A stretch of 64,000 bases of DNA from Owenia fusiformis (taxonomy: Eukaryota): NCBI GenBank assembly GCA_903813345.2, contig CAIIXF020000001.1, forward strand, positions 48,360,001-48,424,000, written 5' to 3'. Position numbers and translations under genes: made by a program. The notes under the pieces were generated by a model. It was not told the origin of the DNA. It worked only from the letters and a program-made list of their open reading frames with translations, and did no database searches. Shown piece after piece: positions 1 to 12,000 of this stretch. Each line of letters opens with the position of its first letter. Position 1 is the first letter of the stretch.

Positions 1-575
1 GCATCTGGGAGGTTGTTGATATCATGGGCTATATCTCATAGGCACACAATTTAACTTTTAATGTTACTTTATCGACATGAATAAGCTAAAATGTTTTACT
101 CCTGCCCTGCTTGCTGATATACTGATGAGTGCATACACGATACCCGTCAGCTGGTACTCATTATCCCACTTTGATTTCCAGTTTTATTTTTGACCTGGTA
201 GATCTAGGTATCTGTCATTTCAATTTGGAGGCTTGTTTTCTCATTTGTATTATCTCAACTATCTAACAAGGGTCATCACTTTATTAACCAAATCAAAATA
301 TAAATATACAATTATTTTGACAAGGTTTACACTGTCAAGAAACACATTTGAAAAGAGAATTTCCTATAAAAATTGTATGTAATATTAGAATTCGGAGAAA
401 GGTAAAAGGTAGAAAAGTTTAAACATTGTTTATAAATGTCATAATCATGAGTTCAGCTTATGTTACACAAATACTCTTCACTAGAACTAATTTATAAGTA
501 TACTGTAGTAAGTAATGCCTCAACAATGTCTGCTACTGCTCTAAGATATCCAAGCTTTCATTTATGTACTCATAG

Positions 576-3048
576 CTGCCATTGAAAAGCTGAAAGCATG
601 TCCAAAATTACAAAGCCTGTGGCTAAAGGGAAACAACATAGATTGTGTGGAGCGATTAGATTCCTGCCCACACCTTTGGTACCTGGACTTGTCACATAAC
701 AAGGTAATGATTTACACTGACTACAGGAGTATGTCCCCATGTTTTGTCAAAAATTTTTAGTTCTTATCGTCTCCCTCTGTTGTGTAAATATTACTAAAAT
801 GAAGCATCATCTTGAAGAGTGTGTGATTATAGATTTGTAAACTTTCCAAACTGTACGTGTAATCTGTATTCAATTAACAAAACTGCAAATAAGTTGCCTT
901 GTTGCATTTATTTAATTGCTAAAAGTATGTAGTTAATTTTAGGTGAGGAATCTAGAAGGATTATCCAAGTTTGTTGCCCTTGGAACCTTGATATTATCAA
1001 ACAATGAAATTCCTTGGCGAGAACTGGCACATTTACGCCATATGCATATTTTACATCTCAGTCTCCATGGCAACCCAGAGTTGGAAAAAGATCCATATTG
1101 TAAGTACATGTATATTAAATGTCATTTCCTTGACTAAATTACTCTTTTTAGAGAATGTAGAGTTTTACTTGGGATCAGAGGTGTAATAGGGCCCAAAATT
1201 ATAGATGTTAATTTTATGTACATGTATTATTATAACTAGGTAATCTGTGTACTTGGTCATTGGATGAGCTATAAATTTTTTAAGTTTTGGATAAAAGCTA
1301 TGATGTGAGATGAAATGATATTGAATAAGAATCTAGATATGATAGTTCATTTATTATATTAATCATATTCAGCATGCATGTTTTTGACAGTTTCATAGTT
1401 GTGATATAGTTGTCATTGTCATTCAAAACCTTTTTGACATTTATGTATGTACACCATATGGAATTAATAAATACATATATTTGAAAATTCTTCACTCATT
1501 GACTTTACTCATTGCTCTTTATACTTGATGTATTTTTATGCTTCAGATCGTATCCATGTAATTGATTGCCTTTCAAACATCTGGATGCTGGATGGAAGGA
1601 TTATTACATGTAAGTAGCCTAAATGCTTTTTGTCTCACGTGGTGAGTGTATAGAATCACCCTCTCATCCATCAGTTATCCATCAAGAATTTTTGGAAATA
1701 ATGAAAACTGCCATTCATCATTCACTCTTCATTTAAAAAGTTAATATATCCTGGAAAGTTCTATTAGTACATAGTCTGATTTTCACAATATGAATGATAA
1801 CATAAAACAATTTACAATGTACAGTACATGCATATCTATAATCAATCACATGTATTATTAAGTATTTTTGGATTAATTCAATGTTGAATGCTCATGACAA
1901 ACATCATCAAAAAATGTACTGCAAACATGTTTCTATTATTTCAGCTGCGGAGCGTCATCAAGTTGAACAGTTCTTTAATGATACAGCTCTGTCTGCCCAT
2001 CCTGTGGTATGTATATGAATATAATACACTGTACAGCTATTTCTGTCAACCCTGTGGCAGACATGACGTGAAATGTTACTCTTAGCTTTTTTCTTGAAAA
2101 AGTGCAATAAGAAATATAATTGGATCAAGTTGATTTACTCTTAATTTTTTGTATATTGTTATCCCATAGAACGAAAATTGTAGGGAACACCTTCATCTGC
2201 CCATACATCTGTACATACGTCCATCCGTATGTCTGTCCGGGTGATAACTCAAATACCATTGACCTGATTTTGTTCATATTTTGTAAACATATGCCATATG
2301 AGGGTAGAAGTTTAGCTCGACAGCCAATTTTCAAAATGACTGCTTGTTTAAAAATGATGGGCATTTTAGTGCTGATTTTACAGTAACGTAGGTCAATATA
2401 TAAAACTGTAGTACATGGGCGTAGTGCCCAGTACCCCTGGTATGCACAGGCGTACCAGTTGGTTGCAAAAACACTCGAAATACAACCAAAGTTCAAAATT
2501 TAAAGAAGAATTTTGTAATTTTGCTGTTCCATGGGATTTGCTACCCTTTGGCGTTGCTGTTATCTAGTTGTATACCATTACTTATAATATCAACACAAGA
2601 TATGCATCATCATCATTATTGTTAGCAACTAATAACGCATAACATATTTTCAAAATCCTCCTTCAACATGTACCTTTACTGGTTTGACTAATAACAGCCT
2701 AAGTTATTTGATTGACCATCAAAATAAAGTTCCAACTATTTTTCACTTATTAAAATGATTTTTATTATGTTTTCAGGCAACCACTTATACTTATACTTCT
2801 TAGAATGAATATTTGAGATTTTGAATGTTAATAAGCTATCTGATTTATTGTGAAATTATAAATGGGCTTTTTTAAAAATGTGCATAGTAATATTTTGAAA
2901 TCCATAAGCTAAATATGATATCCTATGACTTTCTAGGGCTATCATTTTTTATGCACTTGTGGATATCACTCATCTTTGCTTTCTCACCACAGTTATTATC
3001 CCAACGAACAAAGTTCGTTAGGGATATAGTGAAGCCCTCCGTCTGTCC

Positions 3049-3083
<35 letters not shown>

Positions 3084-6000
3084 CGTCTGTCCGGAAGATA
3101 ACTCAAATACTAGTTGACAGATTTTCTTCATATTTAGTGGAAAGATGTATATTGGTGAATAGTTTTACGCAAAAAAAAAATTTCAAGATGGCCGCCGCTT
3201 TAAAAATGACGGGACTTTTTCGCAAAAATCATAAATTTTTCATTCTAAACCAAAGTAATTAATATTATTGTTTGAAATTTTGGTAGTGTATTCACAACAT
3301 TTATCTATTTCACATATATTCCGTGTTTTTCATCCTGACCCCCAGGGGCCATGTATGGGGGGACAGGAAAACAGATATTTTCGCTAATTTTTAGATCTTT
3401 CTGAAGTATAGCTTTATTATACTCAAATGAAAGGCAGTTAAAAGTAGATTGCAAATATTGTATCTTTTTTCTGATTCGAGCCTCGTAAAATTCAAAATGG
3501 CCGTCTAATGTACGATTTCGCAATAATTTTTCGATCCCTTCAAAGTATGGCTATATTATACTCAAATTGAAGGAATTTTGGAGTAGATCACAATTATGGT
3601 TTCAGATTTGTACCTCAGAAAATTCAAAATGGCTGCTTTGCAGGAATTTGCAATTCTAAAATCTAATTTTTTCATTTTCAACCAAAGTAATGAGTAAAAT
3701 TGATTGGAATTCGGTAATTGATATTTTGTTCGTTGGGATTTGCTACTCCGCGGAGTTGCCGTTATCTAGTTTATGGAGATGGTTGATACCCCCTTATATT
3801 TCACATGTACCTTTAACATATAATTCATTGTGATATTCCATAGCTTAATAGTCCCAATTTTACAAGTCATGTGGTTAATGACATGTGGATATGTTGTGTT
3901 GCTTATATTTTTCAGAGACACAAACTGCCCAGAGAACCATTTGTTCCCTCCAGTCATAAACTTATCTCTGTTAATGGTGTTCATGGGGCAAAGGTATGGA
4001 AAGCTTCAGTATTTTATGATATAAACACAAAAATTGAATTTAAATTGAAATGTTACATTACATGAAGTGTATTAGTATGATATTTGTGTCTTGAATAAAT
4101 GTTTATATCCATTTAATGGGAGTCCAAACTGGTAATTTGCACCATTTGACCATGCTCTTACTTTTGCCTCATTTTTTCAAAAAATATAAGGAATAACCAT
4201 GTAAGCCTACTAGTCTATACTGAATGGTGCCATTTTGGAATATTGCACTCACAATAACATAATAAGTCATACCTTAATATTTAAAATTAGAAATCTTTAT
4301 CCCTGATCATACAGAGCTAGAGTAAAATAAAGCGTTTGCATTTTTATGTTTTATGCAAAAATATTATTTATCACAGATGCATTTCTGAACAATTTAAATT
4401 CCATTTCAGGCATCAACTATGTTCCGCTTTTTCCCTGTGAATGGTGCTTTAAATCAGGGTACGTTTATCAGTTTTGATAAAACCGTTACAATAATCACTT
4501 GTTAACTTTGGTTCTGAAATTCTTAAAATTATTGAATCAAGATGTGATCTTAGCCGATGTTAGCAATCATTGCTTCACCAGGTTTGTTTCAGATGAACTT
4601 AACGAAGGAAAGGCTAATAATTTGTGTTTGATAACCAATTTGATGAAGAGATCTGAATTCCTTATGATTCTTACATGACCCACCCTACAGAGTTTTTTTT
4701 ATAGATACAGATACCAGAAGGATCCTATATCTCTGTAGGAATTTCCAGGAAGATGCAATATTAGAGCAGAGTTACACAAAACGGTAAATTCTTACCTTAT
4801 GGATTACTCACACAGAATGACCCAAAAACTGGATCACAGATAATCTCAAATTACTTGACTCTGTGTCACTTTGTGCATCACAGTAAAATAGACTAATTTA
4901 CCAAAAAAATTCTAACAGTATATTGGAAATTGTGGATTCGTAATGTAACTTCAAAGGTTAGGTTAAATTTTATGTACCATTACATTTTTTTTTTTATTAA
5001 TTTTTAAATCAAGCTGGCTTGGTAAACGCTCATAGAACTCACATTTCTTAAAGTTCAAAAACTTTCAGACTCCCCATGCACTTTCCTTATAAATAATATA
5101 CTATAAATAGAACAGGAAAATATAAAGCCAGGTACACATTTTGTATATCGCAGACAATGAAGAAAGTAATGAAATATAATTGTCCATGTAATGTAATTGA
5201 TTTCAGAAAACTTCCAATTTTGGAGCATTGTCCATCATTTCTGGAAGAATTGGTTGAGCACCGACTGATAGAGAGGGAAGCTTGCAATATGCTCCTACTT
5301 TTCCTTGTGGTACGTTTTTTATTTGGAAATTGATTCATAATCTTGGGATTTACAGAACATTTGTGGTCCACAACAGAGTGCAGTTAGTCTCATTTACTGG
5401 TCTAATGTCTTACAGGAATAGGACATTTGTTATAAAGGGATTTTCAGTATGGTTGCTCAATTCAAAATGGCCACTCTATTTCATGAAAAATGTAATATTG
5501 TTGGTTTAAATGTTAAAACCTGATGCTTTAGGACCATTAGACCTCTTGTCAAGAAAATATTCTCAAGATGACCACTTCACTGAATTCAAAAATGCCACCA
5601 TTTTTCATAAAAAATATCATCCTGAATTTGGACGGAGGGGGAGTAGGCGATTTCTGCAAAAAGTATTCAACAGATCTGGAAGATTTATTTTTTAATCAGA
5701 AAGTTTACTACTGAATTGCTGAATGAATAGGCACATGGTATGGTAAAAAATGTTACGTCTTCTAGGATTTTTTTTGAACTGATACGCTTCTAAGATATGA
5801 GATCTATTAAGAAAGGCGCAATGCAACCAAAATACACATGTGTCAATGTTTTTGCTATAAATCAAGCAACAATGGTCTACACGACCTATCTTAAATACTT
5901 GTAAGTGACGTCATCATAACAAAATTAATGCCATTGCCTTTTTTTATAGATCTTATATCTTAGAAGCGTATCAGTTCAAAAATAATCCTAGAAGACCTAA

Positions 6001-9000
6001 CATATTTTACCATACCGTGTGCTTATTCATTTAGCAATTCAATCGTAAATTTTCTCTTTAAAAACTGCTCTGCTCATGGAGGAATTTTCAAGATGGCTGC
6101 TTAATTCAAAATGGCCACCATATGTAAATTCATATGATTTCACTACTCAAAATTCAATGCAAAAACAATTATACCAAAAGAATCTTTGTAGTATTCAACT
6201 GATCAGAAGAGTGACATGTTTTTGATTTTTTGTTTCTTTTTTTCTTAGATATGTAGAGTACTTTATTGTTTTATTGCTGTTTTCAGGCCTCACTTGAGTT
6301 TGCTTTACCTGCCAGCCTTGTACAAAGTACCCTTCAGACATCCAAACTTGCAGTGGTTGGGTAAGTTCATTCACATTTGTAATACTGAACTTCAAATATA
6401 ACATTTAGATCATGATAATGTTTCTTGTTCTGTGGTAAACCCTGATTTCTTGTGAACTTTTATTTTGTAATGGTATTTTGTCATACAACACATGCTCTTT
6501 TACTAATTTTTGTACACCATTGCACAGAGGTGAGTTGAGTTTTAAAGTCACGAAATAAAACTCTTGAAAGAGAAATCCTTTCTTTGTCTAAACTAAGTCT
6601 TACATAGACTAGATGCGAGTAGATTTAATCTTGATTTACGTCATTAAATATTCAGAGTTCAGTCAAAGTGATATCATATTTGAAATCTACAAGTAAAAAT
6701 ACATCTGGTAATATGGTTACAGAAATTGTTTATCATCTTTGAAAATTTATTTTTTTTGAAAATGTAATTTCTAGTTCGGGGAGATTCCCCATAGAGCCCA
6801 TGTTATAAAATCAGAAAAAGTTAAATATCTTTTCTTGTAATGGACAGATAATATTTTCTTTAACTGGACATATTTTAATTTGCATAACTATTAGATACAT
6901 AAGGGTGATATGAAAATTGAACTGCTAAAACAGATGAATATTAAGTTAAAGGGAACTTTCTCCTATACCCGATATGCTATCTGACCCGAATGAGCCACCT
7001 AGTGGTGAAACTGGTAACTACCTACTGGAATCTGAGTCATTGTTCCATCAATACAGAGTACTTTAGAGTTCAGAAAAAATGCCTCTCTTCGTTTCACTTT
7101 TCAAAGCTACATGCAGGTTACATTTAGTTTTTTTTGGATGTCTATTTAATGAGATGAGGGCCCTGCATCCCATTCTTAATCAATATGATTCATATTGTCT
7201 CATTGTAGGAGAGTATATACCATGGACTTATTTATGTTGCCCCGTGATATGCGTTGTCAGGTTGCTTCCATTCTCCTTAGCGCAGTGAAGGTAGACAGAG
7301 ACATAGGACAGGTATGTATTTATAAGAAATAAATAATTATAGGCCATTTAATATGGTGAAATTCAGCATGAGTTGGACAGAATGTCGTACAAAGCACAAA
7401 CTGATGGTGAATGCATTTGTACTGACATTCTGTCCAATGAGTTTAGAATTTCACCATATTGAATGGCCTCTCATTATTTATTCTGATTCAAACATAAAAA
7501 TGAAAAACCTGATCAATTTTTTTTCTATTTTCCTCGTGAATTTTTTATGAGGATTTTATTTTTCTCAAGAAATTAGAAACATGTTGTTGTAACTGATGTG
7601 AACCATCAGTGTTAAATGTCATTATTTGTATTGAACAATGTCAATCTCTTTCATTTAATTCTATTTTGTTGTTTTTCATGAGGTTCGATTTAATTTAATT
7701 TATATATGATTTCCTCCAATCAATTCTCAATCCTTGCCTTGTTATCTCATTTTTGAATTTTTCACATTGCTCAATTACGTCCAATTGATTTAAAACTTTT
7801 GATTTTCAAATGAAAACACTGACATTGTTAGTATTCACTTAATTCTAAAACATCTGATTTCAGGAAGGAGGGTTATATGATAGACTGTATTTAGCACTGT
7901 ATCATTCAGTGTCACAATTGATGAGTCTAGGTCATTCAGATAACACTTGCAAATCACCCACCAAAGTAAAACCCACTCCAGTGTAAGTACAAACTTAATG
8001 CAGGCTGTTCAATATGTTAAAGCAAACATTTTACACTTTTCAAGCAAAGAGATTTGATCTTCAGCAGTATTAGAAATGGGAACTTGTCAATGACTTAGAA
8101 ATCATACAAACTAATAATATTAGTGCTATGAGGACTATGAATATTTGAACATATTTTAGAGATTGTTTTTACTGATTTGTTTTGATTTAGGAAATTAAAA
8201 AGTCAAGTCACCTTATATAAAGGCTAATAGATGCGGACTAAAATATTGACCTAATATAAATTATCGAAAAACCAAAACATTTTGTGTAACTTACAAAGTT
8301 TACGCCAGTGATCTGTTCCTTTTAACCACATTTTTGAACCAACATGTTCAGCAGCCCATCATACACATATACTTGTACATGTACTTTGTTTTACAGAAAT
8401 TAATATTAATAGTTTTGTCAGATAAACTCAAATGATTATCCTGAATGAAATAAAGTCAGAACTGTGGGACTTTTTCAAATATAATCATGACATGGAATAA
8501 TGAGAGTAAAATATTGTAAATTTCTCTGCAACAATTTGTTCTAAATGAATTAACTGTCAATGTGCTATGTAGTTCCTTTGAATCACCCATATCAGTTTGT
8601 GTTACTTGAACTTGAGCTGGCTTATTATTTGTTTCTTGTTCTTATTCCAGACTAAAGGAATCCAAGTGCCTAATAGCATCCGAAGTAGTACAACTAATGT
8701 GTATTGTAGCATCATTCTTTGAATGCTGCCTTCAAGATGTGGGTAAGTTTTATTTTGAAAAATATCATGGTACATGTACCAGTATATTGTGGGTTCCACA
8801 GCCTCTTCAAGTTTTATTTTGAAAATTATCATGGTACATGTACCAGTATATTGTGGATTCCACAGCCTCTTCAAGTTTTATTTTGAAAAGTATCATGGTA
8901 CATGTACCAGTATATTGTGGGTTCCACAGCCTCTTCAAGTTTTATTTTGAAAAATATCATGGTACATGTACCAGTATATTGTGGGCTCCACAGCCTCTTC

Positions 9001-12000
9001 AAGTTTTATTTTGAAAAGTATCATGGTACATGTACCAGTATATTGTGGGCTCCACAGCCTCTTCAAGTTTTATTTTGAAAAGTATCATGGTACATGTACC
9101 AGTATATTGTGGGCTCCACAGCCTCTTCAAGTTTTATTTTGAAAAGTATCATGGTACATGTACCAGTATATTGTGGGTTCCACAGCCTCTTCAAGTTTTA
9201 TTTTGAAAAGTATCATGGTACATGTACCAGTATATTGTGGGCTCCACAGCCTCTTTAAGTTTTATTTTGAAAAGTATCATGGTACATGTACCAGTATATT
9301 GTGGGCTCCACAGCCTCTTCGAGTTTTATTTTGAAAAGTATCATGGTACATGTACCAGTATATTGTGGGTTCCACAGCCTCTTCGAGTTTTATTTTGAAA
9401 AGTATCATGGTACATGTACCAGTATATTGTGGGCTCCACAGCCTCTTCAAGTTTTATTTTGAAAAGTATCATGGTACATGTACCAGTATATTGTGGGCTC
9501 CACAGCCTCTTCAAGTTTTATTTTGAAAAGTATCATGGTACATGTACCAGTATATTGTGGGCTCCACAGCCTCTTCAAGTTTTATTTTGAAAAGTATCAT
9601 GGTACATGTACCAGTATATTGTGGGCTCCACAGCCTCTTCAAGTTTTATTTTGAAAAGTATCATGGTACATGTACCAGTATATTGTGGGCTCCACAGCCT
9701 CTTCAAGTTTTATTTTGAAAAGTATCATGGTACATGTTTAATGTGGGTTCCACAGTCTCTTCTGTCTTAGGAAGAGAGGAGAGCCACACACAAGCGTTAG
9801 ATGAAGAGGAACTTTAATAAACCATAATGTTACTACAGTACAGACTATTTCACAATGTATTATGAATGTGGTACATGTACTTGGATTGATAAATTGTGAT
9901 AATAATTGATACAATAGTATATGTCTGTGAAAAGTTGTTCAAATATGAAAATATCAAAGTGGAAAGCAATAAAGATAGACATGTATACAAATACGATATA
10001 TTGTGTAAAATTGTTTTATTTAAAAGAAAATATGAAAAATAATCTTGAGAAGGTGCAATGTATTGACACAGGCTGGTATCGAAAGATTTGTCCGCTGTGA
10101 AGGAGCATGCTATTTTTCATAAAAACACTAAGAATGCTTCACGATTTATTTTTTAACTCATATGTTTCGTTATATCAAAGATAATTACTTACTCCATGCA
10201 ATGGATATATCATTTGCGTGTAACCTTCACTTCTGTTTGAAGTCCAATAACGCTAGGAGTAAAATCTATTGAACACGGCGCCAGAGTATCAAACTCTAAA
10301 ATGTACCATTTCTTTTTTAACTTTTTAATGGCATGATATAGTGACACGATAATTTTAACATATGTTTTAAGCATAACTCTGAATGTATTAATGAGATATT
10401 AATGCATTGGGTCTTTTTAATTTTTTAAATAAAAAATAATATTAATATTTTTTGTCCGCTGTGACGGAGCATTTTCACAGTTCACATTTGCAACTGCTCC
10501 GTCACAGCGGACAAAAAAATTAAACATTATTTTTTATAAAAGAATTAAAAAGACCAAATACATCAACATCTCATTTATACCTTCATAGTTATGCTGAAAC
10601 CATGTGTAAATATTATCGTGTCACTATATCGTGCCATTAGAAAGTTAAACAAGAAATGGTACATTTTGAAGTATGATACTCCGGCGCCATTTTCAATAGC
10701 TTTTCTTCCCAGCGTAATTGGACTTCAAACAGAAGTGAAAGTTACCCGCAAATGATATATCCATTGCATGGAGTAAGTAATTTTGTATGGTATAACGAAA
10801 CATATGAGTTAAAAAATAAATCGTGAAGTATTCTTAGTGTTTTTACGAAAAATAGCATGCTCCGTCACAGCGGACAAATATTTCGATACCAGCCTGTGAT
10901 TGATGGTGGTGAATTTCTCTATTTAGAGAAGTTAAAAAGAAAGCCACTATAAATTTTACATAATGAATTTGCAATGCTGTATTTTGACATGTTTTAGGTT
11001 TAAAACATTTAGTTACCGTGGCAACTGGTGATGCAGAAATAATTGAGAAATTAGCTGCTCTGATGGACAAAGTCAGCAATAAGGGGGTAGGTAGACATTG
11101 TATATATTATACTTCATTTTAGAAAAAAAGCTCATTTAATCAAAAAGAAAGTTTTATTAAAGATAGCAATATATTTTTGAAAACAATAATTCTGTTGAAT
11201 GGTAAGACGTTCAATAAAAATTAGGTTTTAGCAAACTTTATACTAAACAATAATTCTCCTAAAATTGATTGACCTTAAAATCGTATCTAATAAAGATTAC
11301 CAAAATTCCAATTACGTATTATTTTAGAAGATAAGGTTTAGTAATATATTGGTGTTTGATTTACTTTATTGTGTCAACAGGAAGAAGGTGGTCCTGCACT
11401 TGAACTTGTAGCAGAGTTTCTGCTATCTGCTATACAAGCACATGCTTTCAATGTGATCAACAAGAACTTTAAGATCCCCCAGACTTCTTCCTATGTACTC
11501 AAGGTTAGTGTTAGCTTAGGGCCAAAAGTTAGTAATGACAATTCATGCAATGTTAAACTGAAGCTAAACCAAGAAGTAATGGCTTATTTGGTAAATAGTA
11601 TTTGGCTTTTAAAGACTGTTAAAATTGTAATACTCTTATACCTTTGTCAGGTGGTGACATGTTATTTTAATGCCTTGTTTTTATGTACTTATGAATAGTC
11701 TGTTAAAGCCCCAAGATAAATATCTGTCCCATCTTAATTCTGTTTAATTTTTTCTTTCCTTTTGTCTAATGTGTGTTTTATGAAGGGGTATACAAGGGAT
11801 GATGACAACTCTGAAGTAAAGAAATCTGGATAAAAGATGACACTTTATAATTTTTTTATTTTATTTTTAGACCAGTAGAGCATTGCCAAAACGTCCACAG
11901 TCTTCTCCTCTTTACAAAGCAAACTTTCACGCTGTTGGCAGAAAGACTCCCGATGACCGACCAATCAGGATACAGAGTGCCAAAGTTAGGAATCCAGAAA

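Noticed and set aside
1..575. Additional upstream exons of the LRR gene
   Set aside because: No exon with convincing splice sites, compatible phase and LRR-like translation could be identified.
8745..9762. Regular palindromic repeats resembling a CRISPR array
   Set aside because: Units are head-to-tail with no unique spacers, there are no cas genes, and the array is inside a spliceosomal intron.
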